The position numbers were made by a program, and so were the translations under genes. Below the pieces are notes generated by a model, which was not told the DNA's origin, made no database searches, and was given only the letters and a program-made list of their open reading frames with translations. 64,000 nt of DNA from an uncultured Chloroflexia bacterium (GTDB taxonomy: Bacteria; Chloroflexota; Chloroflexia; QHBQ01; JADMIH01): positions 576,001-640,000 of the forward strand of contig CAWCNY010000006.1 of the NCBI GenBank assembly GCA_963797095.1, in the 5' to 3' direction. Of the stretch, positions 1 to 10,115 are shown one piece after another (the stretch's first letter is position 1; each line of letters begins with the position of its first letter).

Positions 1-364
1 TGACCACCTTGCCGGGGTTGCGCGTATCCGTAAAGTCGCCTTTAGCGCTGATCTCGATATCGTTCCAGGCAAATCCCTGCCTTATCCACGTAAACCCCGC
101 ATCGCGGGCCATATCGAGCGTCTGCACAACCTTCTCAGGCTCGACCTCCTTCTCCAGAAAGAGATTGACCCCCATCGGATTCACATCGGCCAGGGGCACT
201 GGTGGAGTGTCGTGCCCCCAGGTAACGCCTCCGTTCACATAGTTGTCGGTGAACGAAGCCAGCGCCAGCCCGCCCACCGACGCCGCGAGCAGCAGGCAGG
301 CGAATATGACCCTTGCTATCGGGTTGTTGGAGATATCGGAGATGAGGGTGCGAACGTGGCGCAT
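1..364 (-). CDS. Membrane-anchored glycoside hydrolase (GH5/GH39-like TIM barrel), partial, runs off the left edge; paralog of the next gene
   Basis: Not in the ORF track. Manual translation from ATG at 364 (overlaps the upstream TGA): MRHVRTLISDISNNPIARVIFACLLLAASVGGLALASFTD...PLADVNPMGVNLFLEKEVEPEKVVQTLDMARDAGFTWIRQGFAWNDIE. This matches PLAEVQPYGVNTFLHKEVE...GVGWIKQQFPWAEIE of the upstream gene. Confidence 0.8.
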   Translation of the reverse strand, partial: MRHVRTLISDISNNPIARVIFACLLLAASVGGLALASFTDNYVNGGVTWGHDTPPVPLADVNPMGVNLFLEKEVEPEKVVQTLDMARDAGFTWIRQGFAWNDIEISAKGDFTDTRNPGKVV

Positions 365-2598
365 CACCGCCCGGCAGCCGCCGTTTCCGGCGCAGGAGGC
401 GGCTTACGCAGGGACCTGATGAGATAGACGCACCCGGCCAGCAACACCAGCGTCAGCAAACCAAAAACGATATAAGAGCGATTGGCTTGGACCGTGAGGA
501 TGCCTATGCCCGGCAGGTCGGGACGCTGGACGACCGGCGCGTAAGTGCGCCCGCTTATCACATCCTGCTCGCCTGCCGGGTTTGCTGCCACCTTGATCGT
601 GAGAGTGTGCTGGCCTGTGTGTAGCTCCGAGTTAAGCCCCCGCGCCAGCACCACATCGGTCGGTTTGCCCACCGAAGGCACGTCTATATAAGCTGCCCCT
701 ATAGCATCGCGGGGCAATTCCGAAGACACCATGCGAGACGACCCATCTATGGTGATATAGTATCGCGCTGCCACCAACTGTGTATCGGTTATCGTGCCCG
801 AAGCACCGGGCGGCACAAGTTGCAGCTTTACGTCCGTACCTGTGAATTGCATACTGAGCGATATTCCGAGGGCGGATGGCGTCAGGTACATACCGCCTTG
901 CACGTCGCTGCTCAATCCGATGCGCCAGCGGGCGTCGGCGCTGACGGGCGCGGACAGCGGCCCCCACGTGCCGGGCATCGCCACGCGGTCCTCTGTAGTG
1001 GCCGACGCCTGTATCTTCAAGTAAGCGGGCTGGCGAACGAAATCGGGGTCCACCAGCATGAAATAATAGTCGCTCTGAGTGTTCGGGATATCGCCCACCT
1101 GCCTCAGATACCAAATAGTGAATACGCCCGCCCAGGGCCAGTTTTGGCGCGCGTATTCAATGCCCCGCACCGTGTAATCGCCCTGCTGTTCGGGCGTTAC
1201 GCTCCCCCATGGCTGGTTCGTTATCTCAGAGGGCGATGCGTTCCACCCGTATTCATTGAACCACACCGACTTGTTCTCGTCACCGTTCTTCACCATCACA
1301 TCATGCAACAATTCAACGCGCCGGAAGTTCAGCGTGTCGCGTGAAGGCGGGTCTTCAGGTGGTTCGCTCTTGCCGTAAGCGTTGGCCGACATTGCATCGA
1401 AGTATTGCCCTGCGCCCGCGTCATACATCCCTTGCAAATAATCTAGCTCATTCAGATTGCCCGCGTAGTCCAGATTCTCCTTGTTGGTAGCGAGAGGAGA
1501 GGCGAGCACTATGATATCGGGGTTGGCATTCTTGGCTGCTTCGTATGCTACCTTCAGCAAATTGGTGTACTCTGCCGGGTTGACCGCCTTGCCTGTGGCC
1601 CACTCCGCCCTCAAGTTAGGCTCGTTCCACACCTGGATAGCAGCCACCGTACCCCGGTAGCGCTTCACGAACGTATCGATGAAATTGGCGAAGTCGGCCA
1701 TGTGGTCGGCGGATGGCGGGGCCTTGGGGTCCGCATTATCGGGGTGCGACCACAGGGGCGCGCTGTCAATGCGTGCGATAATGCGCAGGTTATGGGCCTG
1801 CGCCCGCGCCACGATATCATCGAACTTGGCCCATGCGTTCTGGTTGTTCTTCACGTCCCAGTAGGGGCGCTGCGGGTCGGTCCTGTACTCGATTTCGGCC
1901 CAGGGGAACTGCTGCTTGATCCACCCGACGCCCAGGTCCTGCGCTTCTTGCAGGGTGCGCTCCTTTTTGAAGCTCTCTACCTCCTTATGCAGGAATGTAT
2001 TCACCCCGTAAGGCTGCACCTCGGCAAGCGGGATGGGGCTGATGGCGCGGGGTGTGGCGTTTGCCGGGCCGTCGGTGAAAGGCGATAGCCAGGCGGTCTC
2101 GGCCACAAGCAAGACCAGCAGCAGAAATATCGCCAGCCTCAGCAACCTACGGCGACGCGTGGTGCGCTGCTGTATATACTCGCCGGTGCTGGGAAGGGCA
2201 GGGGCAATCGGGAGGCCCGCCACGCTGAGTAGAGCCGGGTCCTCCGCCATGATAATAGGGTATTCGTCATGCTGCGCGCCGTTAGGGCTGCCTGTTGGGG
2301 CCTTCTGTGGTGAGTTGGGCGCAGCGACGGATGATGCGGGGCGGTTCGAGGAGGTGCGAGAAGGGGAGGTGTTATCAGGCTGGGGCGAGTTACCACCCTC
2401 CCCACGCGTGCCTACGCGGCTTGTGCCGCGATCGACCGATCCGCTCCGCCGAGCGGTCCCTTTTGTCAAGTTAGATGTTCCTCCTGGCCTGGTGCCCTTG
2501 CCACTGCTTACCGGCGCGCTGCTGACACCTCGAAACGTTATTCGCGTTATATTTCGAGGTGCCTTTGATTCGCGGACCGGTACGTGCTTAAAGCACAT
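364..2598 (-). CDS. Glycoside hydrolase (cellulase GH5/GH39-like) with N- and C-terminal membrane anchors
   Basis: WNEPN acid/base motif and VWFNEYGW nucleophile motif; TM helices RLAIFLLLVLLVA and YIVFGLLTLVLLAGCVYLI. The start is uncertain (2250, 2598 or 2607). The ORF-track start at 2859 overlaps the divergent gene. Confidence 0.8.
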   Translation of the reverse strand: MCFKHVPVRESKAPRNITRITFRGVSSAPVSSGKGTRPGGTSNLTKGTARRSGSVDRGTSRVGTRGEGGNSPQPDNTSPSRTSSNRPASSVAAPNSPQKAPTGSPNGAQHDEYPIIMAEDPALLSVAGLPIAPALPSTGEYIQQRTTRRRRLLRLAIFLLLVLLVAETAWLSPFTDGPANATPRAISPIPLAEVQPYGVNTFLHKEVESFKKERTLQEAQDLGVGWIKQQFPWAEIEYRTDPQRPYWDVKNNQNAWAKFDDIVARAQAHNLRIIARIDSAPLWSHPDNADPKAPPSADHMADFANFIDTFVKRYRGTVAAIQVWNEPNLRAEWATGKAVNPAEYTNLLKVAYEAAKNANPDIIVLASPLATNKENLDYAGNLNELDYLQGMYDAGAGQYFDAMSANAYGKSEPPEDPPSRDTLNFRRVELLHDVMVKNGDENKSVWFNEYGWNASPSEITNQPWGSVTPEQQGDYTVRGIEYARQNWPWAGVFTIWYLRQVGDIPNTQSDYYFMLVDPDFVRQPAYLKIQASATTEDRVAMPGTWGPLSAPVSADARWRIGLSSDVQGGMYLTPSALGISLSMQFTGTDVKLQLVPPGASGTITDTQLVAARYYITIDGSSRMVSSELPRDAIGAAYIDVPSVGKPTDVVLARGLNSELHTGQHTLTIKVAANPAGEQDVISGRTYAPVVQRPDLPGIGILTVQANRSYIVFGLLTLVLLAGCVYLIRSLRKPPPAPETAAAGR

Positions 2599-2831
2599 TA
2601 TACACATAGATTTCAATGCGGGCAACCAAAACGAGGATTGTTGTGTTATAATACGCTGGCTAATTCGGGCGGCTCTGCGTGGCAAGTGTGGTGTTCGTGC
2701 ATAACCTGCACCGGTGGCGCATCCCCATGATAAGACGTTCACCGAGTATAAAGGTTCCAAAACCGGAGACTGCCGCGCTCGCGGATGCCGCGTAAGTCCG
2801 GCGCTTGAGATAGGCCCCAGGATCAACACCG

Positions 2832-4418
2832 ATGCAAGCCCACGAGTATCAGCCGGCAACCGACAATCCCGCCGGGCATGAAATGGCGGAAAAGAGCGAA
2901 AGAGTAGAGAGCATAGGCGGTGGCAGGCACCTTACCCTGCTCGGCACAGCCGATGAGCGAGCCAGCAGGGCGCGCAGGGTGCGCTATGCCCTGATCACAG
3001 CCAGGGTTTGCGCCGACGGCGCGCTCCTCGTCGCAGCCTTCATAATCGCCTACTGGCTGCGCTATGGCCTTGAGCTTGGCAACGATGTCGCCCCAGAATC
3101 GTTCCGCCCCCTGTCATCCTTCAGTATCTATATCCTATCGTTTGTCGCGATCACCCTCCTGACATTTCAGATGCGCGGCCTTTATGCCCTGCCACGGGGC
3201 GCGTCCTGGTTGGACCACCTTCGCATCATTACCAGCGGCTCTATCATCGGCGTATCTGCGTTGACGCTTGGCGCTCTCCTTTTCAACCCGGTACTGCCCA
3301 GCCGCATGCTTTTCATATTCCTGGGCATCTCCGCCCTGGCCCTCTTCGCCCTGGAGCGTGCCGGTTACCGTTCATTCAGGATGTGGCTCTGGCGGCACGG
3401 GATCAACGTCAGGCGCACCATTGTAGTGGGCGCAGGGGCGGCGGGCCAGCGCATCATGAAGGATATCGTCGAGCGTCCTGAGCTTGGCTACAAACTGTCG
3501 GGCTACGTGGCCGACCAGACCGACGCGCCTGCACGTGAGTGGCGTATTCCCATCAGGCCGCGAAACGGCGAGCTAAAGAAGCTTGGCGGTATCAAAGATG
3601 TGCGCCGCATACTTGAGAATCAGGCTCCGCACGAGGTGATTGTGGCGCTGCCTGCCACCCACCACTCGCAGATACTGGCGATAATAGATAATTGCCGCGA
3701 GTACGGGGTCGATTTCAAGCTCGTGCCTGACCTCTTCGAGATGCGCATCAATGAAGTGAGGATCGACGCCCTCAATGGCGTGCCTTTGATCGGCGTGAAG
3801 GATGTGGCCCTGCGCGGCTTCAACCTCCTTGTGAAGCGCGTCATTGATCTGGCGCTGGCTTTGGTGGGATTGGTACTGGCCGTCCTGCCGATGCTGGTGA
3901 TTGCGCTGCTGGTGAAGCTAACCTCGCGTGGCCCGGTCCTTTTCAAGCAGTTGCGCGTGGGTAAAGGCGGCAACCTCTTCGTCTGCTACAAGTTCCGCTC
4001 CATGTACGAGGATGCCGAAGAGAAGAAGGCCGACCTTCTGCCCCACAACGAGGTGGACGGTCCAATGTTCAAAATCAGGAACGACCCTCGCCGCACCCCC
4101 TTCGGCAGGGTCTTGCGCCGTAGCTCCCTCGATGAGCTACCTCAGCTATTCAACATCCTGAAAGGCGAAATGAGCCTGGTAGGTCCGCGCCCGCCCACCC
4201 CCGACGAAGCCGCCAAGTACGACGATTGGCACCGCAAGCGCCTCGACGTAACCCCCGGCCTCACCGGCCTCTGGCAGGTAAGCGGTCGCTCCGACCTCTC
4301 CTTCGACGAGATGGTCAAACTCGACCTCTACTACGCCGAGAACTGGTCCCCCGCCATGGACCTCCGCATCATCCTCAAAACAATCCCATCCTGGGTCAAA
4401 GGCGAAGGTGCCTATTAG
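2832..4418 (+). CDS. Undecaprenyl-phosphate glycosylphosphotransferase (WcaJ/CpsE-like priming sugar transferase)
   Basis: N-terminal TMs, IVVGAG Rossmann-like domain, KRVIDL, YKFRSM, SLDELPQLFNILKGEMSLVGPRP, PGLTGLWQVSGRS motifs. Confidence 0.93.
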   Translation: MQAHEYQPATDNPAGHEMAEKSERVESIGGGRHLTLLGTADERASRARRVRYALITARVCADGALLVAAFIIAYWLRYGLELGNDVAPESFRPLSSFSIYILSFVAITLLTFQMRGLYALPRGASWLDHLRIITSGSIIGVSALTLGALLFNPVLPSRMLFIFLGISALALFALERAGYRSFRMWLWRHGINVRRTIVVGAGAAGQRIMKDIVERPELGYKLSGYVADQTDAPAREWRIPIRPRNGELKKLGGIKDVRRILENQAPHEVIVALPATHHSQILAIIDNCREYGVDFKLVPDLFEMRINEVRIDALNGVPLIGVKDVALRGFNLLVKRVIDLALALVGLVLAVLPMLVIALLVKLTSRGPVLFKQLRVGKGGNLFVCYKFRSMYEDAEEKKADLLPHNEVDGPMFKIRNDPRRTPFGRVLRRSSLDELPQLFNILKGEMSLVGPRPPTPDEAAKYDDWHRKRLDVTPGLTGLWQVSGRSDLSFDEMVKLDLYYAENWSPAMDLRIILKTIPSWVKGEGAY

Positions 4419-4474
4419 CTTCGCTGACGAACGACGAAGATAGTACTCAGTAAGCAATACAGAATAGTCGCCCC

Positions 4475-4837
4475 TCACTCCCCAAACGGCACCACAGGAT
4501 CGGGGTTGATATAAATCTCCCCGTTCTCCACCTTCACCTCGTACTTCCCTGCATTCCCCGTCGCGGGCAGCGATACCGCCTCTCCCGTCGTCACGTCGAA
4601 CTGCGACCCGTGTAGTGGGCACTCCACCACCCACCCCCGCATATCCTCGTAAAACTCCCCCTCTGAAAGGGAAGTCTCCGCGTGCGTGCAAACATCCCCG
4701 ATAGCGTAAAACTGCCCATCTATATTGAAAATATCTATATCCAGCCCCTCCACCGCCACCAACATACAACTGCCCGGCTCAATATCGTCCGCATCGGCAA
4801 CTTTCACCCACCGGGCCTCTTTAGTACTGCTCATCAT
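4475..4837 (-). CDS. Rieske [2Fe-2S] ferredoxin (oxygenase ferredoxin subunit-like)
   Basis: CTH...CPLHGSQFD Rieske motifs, 120 aa. Confidence 0.92.
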   Translation of the reverse strand: MMSSTKEARWVKVADADDIEPGSCMLVAVEGLDIDIFNIDGQFYAIGDVCTHAETSLSEGEFYEDMRGWVVECPLHGSQFDVTTGEAVSLPATGNAGKYEVKVENGEIYINPDPVVPFGE

Positions 4838-5055
4838 TCCCTCGCTCTTGTATTAGGTATCATCCTTCAATTATACCATCTCCCCAACTCCACCTTAAAA
4901 CTACCCGAAAGTACACCCCAAAACCTGTCCCGTTTCCACCCACCAATGTCATTAATTAATATGGGAGGAGTCTAACTCCTTCCACCCGAATCGCCTCCAG
5001 GATCCCACAAAAAAGATCAAAACATACTCAGCTGGGTACGTTTTCCTCATAAACA

Positions 5056-5087
5056 AAGGAGGCAGACGCTTTCACGCCTACCTCCTC
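5056..5087. terminator. Probable hairpin terminator
   Basis: aggaggcag-acgctttcacgc-ctacctcct imperfect stem in the intergenic region. Confidence 0.4.
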
Positions 5088-5488
5088 TGCGCTTCGGGAA
5101 AGTGCTATCTCAAGGCTCTGCGCCGCAGCAGAAACGCGCCGGTGAGCATCGCAACAATTGCAAAGATATGTATCGAAATTCAAAGCATACAGTTACCCGC
5201 TCAAGGGTATACGACCGATACCCGGCTGTCGCAGGCAAACCGCTCCCATTTTGGTACATGGATTTTAACGCAAGATAAACAAAAACATCATAGCTGTTAA
5301 CAACCGTTAAGCTGGCACCCTATCTGGAACATTCGCCCGCACTGCCCGCCAACAAGGATCAACATCCGGCACGCGCCCTGAAGCTACCCGGTTACGAACC
5401 AATCAAAGCAAACAACTGTATCAGTTAATGGATATAAAAAGGAGAAGCACCCTGAAATCTAATCCGCGAAAAGTGTCGCATACCATCA

Positions 5489-7969
5489 ATGCACCCCGTC
5501 CCCAGGCCCTCATTCTCTGACCCTTCCGTGCAGCCACCAGCCCCGGAAGACAACTCACGCACGCTCCCGGCACCTCTTACCTTGCTCGTAGGAAGAGAGG
5601 CTGAAGCGCGTACCGCCTGCACCCTGCTGCTGGGGTCCGATACCCGCCTGCTCACTGTGACCGGTCCGCCCGGCATCGGCAAGACTCAACTCGCCTTGCG
5701 CATCGCCCAACTAATGGAAGGCCGCTTCCCCGACGGCGTTTACTACGTCCCGCTCGCGAACATTGCCGAGCCTGAGATGGTAGTCCCCTGCATAGCGCGC
5801 GCTCTTGGATTGGACGACATGGACGAGCGCACCGGCTTCGCCAGGCTGAAGGAACACTTGCAGGGTATGCAGTCACTCCTGGTGTTGGACAATTTCGAGC
5901 AGGTGGACAAAGCAGCGGCGGCGGTGGCCGGCCTGATGGAGGGCGCGCCGGGGGTGCGTGTGCTGGCGACCAGCCGTACCCTGCTCGATATCTATGGCGA
6001 GCGGACGCTGCCCGTGTCCGCGCTCTCTTTACCACGACCAGGCGACGAGGGCGACCTCCTGAAACTGGCTCAGTACGAATCGGTAGCGCTCTTCGTTGCG
6101 CGGGCCGTGGCAGCGCGACCCGACTTCACACTGAGCGAAACGAACGCTAGCGCTGTGGCCGAAATATGCAGGTTGCTGGAGGGTGTGCCGCTGGCTTTAG
6201 AGCTTGCGGCGGCTCGTATACGTGCTTCCACTTCCCATGCAGTCCTGGAGAGATTGCGGTCTCAGCCTCTCCATTTCCTGAAGGGTGGAGCGCATAACGC
6301 CCCTCTGCGCCAGCAGACCCTGCGCGAAGCGATAGGTTGGAGCTACAATCTGCTAAACGCCGGTGAACAGCAGGCGCTGCGGCGGCTCGCCGTATTCGTG
6401 GGTGGCTGCACACTCGAAGGAGCCACCGCCATCCTGGGTGACGAATCGATCTCCCATCCACAGACCTCGAACTCGGAGATCGTGCTTGAGTTGCTGGAGT
6501 CGCTGGTGGCTAAGAGCCTGTTGTCGGTGGAAGATGTGGGAGCTGAGACGCGCTTCAATATGCTGCATACCATCCGCGAATACGCGCTGGAGAGGTTGGA
6601 GCACGAGAACGCGGGCGAAGCGGAGGCAGTACGGCTGGCGCATGTTGCCTATTTTGTGGCGATGGCCGAAAGCGCCAAACACGGCCTGTACAGCGCCGAG
6701 CAAGCACACTGGCTTGATCTCCTGGAGCTTGAGCATGACAACATTCGGGCGGCCTTGAGATGGTTGCTGCTTCAAGGAAGCAATGATTCCGAGGAAGCGC
6801 GGCGTTCCGCAATCGAGATGGGGCTGCGAATAGCTCAATCGTTGTGGCTCTTCTGGGAGATTAGAGGGTACTTGAGCGAGGGGTATAGATGGCTTCTGCC
6901 CTTGCTGGAGAACGAGGCGTCGAAGGATTACCCTGCCTTGCGGGCGAAGGCTCTGGTAGTAGCCGGGCGGTTGGCGCTTATCATGGGTGATCTAATGGCT
7001 GCCCGGCGCTTGTATGCAGAGAGCCTGGAACTGAGCCGCTCATGCTCCGATCCTATAAGTGCAAGTTTCGCACTGACCGCGATGGGCCACCTGGCCGTAT
7101 TTGTGGGTGATATTGAAGAAGCAGAGCCTCTATACAGGGAAAGCCTGGCTGTGCGTCGTAAGTTGGGTGAGACCCGCTGGGTGATCCATTCGCTCGTCAG
7201 CCTGGGCGACCTGTGCAGCTTTACCGGAAGGTATGAGGAAGCGGTGCGCCTGTTTAGCGAAAGCCTGTCGTTGGCGGAGGAGAGAGGCGACAAGAACGCG
7301 GTCGGTCGCTTGTGCATCGCCAGGGGCCACCTGCTGAGCCGCCAGGGCAATCACGCAGCAGCCGAAGCGCTTTACCGTGAGGGCATCGCCCGGTTCTCGG
7401 AGTTGAAGAGCAGGCAAGGGAAAGCGGAGTGTGTGGCCGGTCTGGCGGAAATTGCATACAGGCGTAGAAGCTTGGAAGAGGCCGCTATCTTATTGGGATG
7501 GGTCTATTCTGTGTTTCATTCCGTAGGATTGCGCTGGGATCTGACCTTCCATAACGAATGCGAGGCTATTGTGGCCGATCTGAAGATGATATTGGGAGCC
7601 GACGAATTCGCCCGCCTGGAGGCGCAAGGGGTTGCTATGGATGACGACAATATTGTGTCCATTTACGACGGCGATGGCGCAGGTCCTCAGACCGCTGGGG
7701 TTGCGGTAGAGGTGCCTGCCCGGCCGGAAGAAAGGATGCCTATCCCGATCACGCTGGCCCAGCAGAGGGCCAACCCCTGGGGTCTGACGCTACGGGAGAT
7801 GGAGGTGCTCAGGCTGGTGGCCGCGGGCATGACCAACGCCGAAGCTGCCGAGCGTCTGATAGTCAGCCCGCACACAGTCAACATGCACCTCCGCTCGATC
7901 TATATCAAGCTGGGCGTGTCCAACCGCAGCGCCGCTACGCGGTACGCCGTGGAGAGGAATATTGTGTGA
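5489..7969 (+). CDS. STAND (NB-ARC-type) ATPase-TPR-LuxR HTH transcriptional regulator
   Basis: GPPGIGKT Walker A, LLVLDNFEQ Walker B, GVPLALELAAAR, TPR helices, C-terminal LTLREMEVLRLVAAGMTNAEAAERLIVSPHTV LuxR HTH. Confidence 0.93.
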   Translation: MHPVPRPSFSDPSVQPPAPEDNSRTLPAPLTLLVGREAEARTACTLLLGSDTRLLTVTGPPGIGKTQLALRIAQLMEGRFPDGVYYVPLANIAEPEMVVPCIARALGLDDMDERTGFARLKEHLQGMQSLLVLDNFEQVDKAAAAVAGLMEGAPGVRVLATSRTLLDIYGERTLPVSALSLPRPGDEGDLLKLAQYESVALFVARAVAARPDFTLSETNASAVAEICRLLEGVPLALELAAARIRASTSHAVLERLRSQPLHFLKGGAHNAPLRQQTLREAIGWSYNLLNAGEQQALRRLAVFVGGCTLEGATAILGDESISHPQTSNSEIVLELLESLVAKSLLSVEDVGAETRFNMLHTIREYALERLEHENAGEAEAVRLAHVAYFVAMAESAKHGLYSAEQAHWLDLLELEHDNIRAALRWLLLQGSNDSEEARRSAIEMGLRIAQSLWLFWEIRGYLSEGYRWLLPLLENEASKDYPALRAKALVVAGRLALIMGDLMAARRLYAESLELSRSCSDPISASFALTAMGHLAVFVGDIEEAEPLYRESLAVRRKLGETRWVIHSLVSLGDLCSFTGRYEEAVRLFSESLSLAEERGDKNAVGRLCIARGHLLSRQGNHAAAEALYREGIARFSELKSRQGKAECVAGLAEIAYRRRSLEEAAILLGWVYSVFHSVGLRWDLTFHNECEAIVADLKMILGADEFARLEAQGVAMDDDNIVSIYDGDGAGPQTAGVAVEVPARPEERMPIPITLAQQRANPWGLTLREMEVLRLVAAGMTNAEAAERLIVSPHTVNMHLRSIYIKLGVSNRSAATRYAVERNIV

Positions 7970-8052
7970 CCTGTAGTCGGTATCCGGTAGTCGGTAGTCG
8001 GAGGGCAATGGCTCATAGACGATGGACGACAGCAGGAACTAGGAACCAGGAA

Positions 8053-9645
8053 CTAGGAACTTGGCCCTTGGAACTTCAAGCTTCCGTCCTTCGTCGCCCA
8101 GGGGAATTGTAGCAGATCGTGCACGTTGCCTTGAACGGCGCTGTGGAAGAAGCGGCGATCCTGGGTGCGGAGGGTTACCGGGAGACCGTCCTTGGGGAAG
8201 GCGAGGATAGTGCCACCTCGGTCTATTTTGTGGCGATAAGGGACTTCCAGCCTCCAGCGCTGGACGATTATGGCTATAGCCAACTTCATTTCCAGCAGGG
8301 CGAAAGTTGCGCCCAGGCAGCGCCGAGCGCCTCCACCAAAGGGGATGTATTCGTAGGTGCCGGGCTGGATCGTCTCCCAGCGGCGTGGATTGAACACCTT
8401 CGGGTCGGGGAAGATGTCGGGGCGGTAGTGGGTGACTGTAGGGCTGAAGATCAGCTGAGTATTGGCCGGTAGAGAGTATTCGCCCAACTCGAAGGGTTTG
8501 ACAGCTGTGCGAAGTATCCACATACCGGGCGGGAACATGCGCAAGCCCTCGTTGACCACGTTTTCGAGCATCGGGAGCGCCCTAAGCTGTTCGAGATTGG
8601 GGGCTTCGCCGTGCAGGGTGCCGTCCAACTCGTCTAGCAAGTCGTTCATTATCTGTGGATGCTGCGACAGAAGGAAGAGGGTCCAGGTAAGGGCGGAGGC
8701 GGTGGTTTCGTGCCCGGCGGTGAAGAGGGTGGAGAGATGCCCCAGGAGGTCGGACTGTGCGAGGCCGCTGCCATCGTCGTGGCGGGCTTCGAGCAGTAAG
8801 GTGAGCGCGTCACCGTCGACTTTGGCCGAAGATGATTCGGCTATAGATTGCCCACCTTCCAACTTTGCGCGCTTGCGCTTGATCACCTGTAGAAGCTCGG
8901 CTTCCAGCTTTTCCGAGAGGACCTTGAAGCTGTGGTAAGGTGAGCCTGGGACATCGTAGGGGAGGAGGGCGACCTGTGGGGTGAGGCCGTGGCGGCTCCA
9001 TTGGTCGAGGAGGCCACGCACGCGCCTGCCTTCGTGTTGGGGATCGAGTCCAAGGAGGCCTACTATAGCGACGGAAAGGGTGAGGTCGAGCATCTCCCGT
9101 GAGAGAATGCGGCGCTCGCCCGGTCGCCAGTTGGCGATGTGGGACTCGACAGATCCTACCATTGCGTCGCGGAGAGCGTCGATGTGCTTTCTGTGGAAGG
9201 CGGGCATCAGGAGGCGGCGGTGCTCTGTATGCTCGTCGTCGTTCATCGAGGCGATGCCTGAAAGAAGGCGGGCTGCGGATGTGCCCTGTGGCATCTTGAT
9301 AAGAGCCTTACCACTGTTGACGTCGAGGCTGTGAAAGATGTCGTTGTTGGTGAGTATATAGCGGTTTAGGTCAGGTGAGAATACCATGATAGGCGCGGAC
9401 TTTTGGGGTCCAAGCGAGACGATATCTCCGTAGGTGCGCCAGAGGCGGATCATGTTGAGAGCGGGGTCGCGGAGCATAGGTAGTACGATGGACCACCATC
9501 CGACGACCGGCATTGATGGCGGTCCCGGTATGTCGCGTTTGTCGTTGGAAGCGAGGGCGGATCGCGTATTGTTGCGGGTTGGGCGTATGAATACGCTCAT
9601 AACCCGCGAGAGAGACAGTTTGCTAGTTGGACATGTGTCCGACAT
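8053..9645 (-). CDS. Cytochrome P450
   Basis: I-helix AGHETT, EGLR (ExxR), heme-binding PFGGGARRCLG. Confidence 0.96.
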   Translation of the reverse strand: MSDTCPTSKLSLSRVMSVFIRPTRNNTRSALASNDKRDIPGPPSMPVVGWWSIVLPMLRDPALNMIRLWRTYGDIVSLGPQKSAPIMVFSPDLNRYILTNNDIFHSLDVNSGKALIKMPQGTSAARLLSGIASMNDDEHTEHRRLLMPAFHRKHIDALRDAMVGSVESHIANWRPGERRILSREMLDLTLSVAIVGLLGLDPQHEGRRVRGLLDQWSRHGLTPQVALLPYDVPGSPYHSFKVLSEKLEAELLQVIKRKRAKLEGGQSIAESSSAKVDGDALTLLLEARHDDGSGLAQSDLLGHLSTLFTAGHETTASALTWTLFLLSQHPQIMNDLLDELDGTLHGEAPNLEQLRALPMLENVVNEGLRMFPPGMWILRTAVKPFELGEYSLPANTQLIFSPTVTHYRPDIFPDPKVFNPRRWETIQPGTYEYIPFGGGARRCLGATFALLEMKLAIAIIVQRWRLEVPYRHKIDRGGTILAFPKDGLPVTLRTQDRRFFHSAVQGNVHDLLQFPWATKDGSLKFQGPSS

Positions 9646-9894
9646 GGCTGATCCCCTCCCCGATTAAGCGGATGTCATTATCTTGGCGAGATTATACACC
9701 AATGTACGTTTGTTGTGCGAGAAAGGTGACACGAATACCGTAGGATTTTGCAAGACGACGATACGAAGGCTGCCGGCATTGCGGAAAGCGTGCTGTCTAT
9801 TTCGTATTGCGTACTGCGTAACATGCTTATTGGTTTGGTAAAGTGCTAAACACGTTGTGCTTAAGGACGCCGGTTTCGTCTTTATGTTCTCTGC

Positions 9895-9988
9895 CTAGTA
9901 CCATTCCAACAAAATAGCAATAGCTTTATAGCAACAGCTTTGCCAAGTAGCGTTTGCGCTTGGAAAGTGCAGCCAAAACTCTCGATAC
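9895..9988. repeat. Left arm of a ~80-bp inverted repeat flanking the DUF1772-like gene
   Basis: Reverse complement of 10686-10765, with ~5 mismatches and a 14-nt internal duplication (tagctttatagcaa). Confidence 0.9.
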
Positions 9989-10032
9989 AAGATTGCAGGG
10001 CTGGGTTGTATATCACGATCTCAGGATAGAGG

Positions 10033-10104
10033 CCAGTACAACCAGTACAACCAGTACAACCAGTACAACCAGTACAACCAGTACAACCAGTGCAACCAGT
10101 ATAA
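10033..10104. repeat. Tandem 9-bp repeat (CCAGTACAA) x8 (6 perfect, 2 variant)
   Basis: Read directly; it ends at the AAGGAGA RBS of the downstream gene. Confidence 0.95.
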
Positions 10105-10115
10105 AGGAGAGTGTC

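Noticed and set aside
10033-10104. Possible CRISPR array
   Set aside because: Contiguous 9-bp units with no spacers, and no cas genes nearby.
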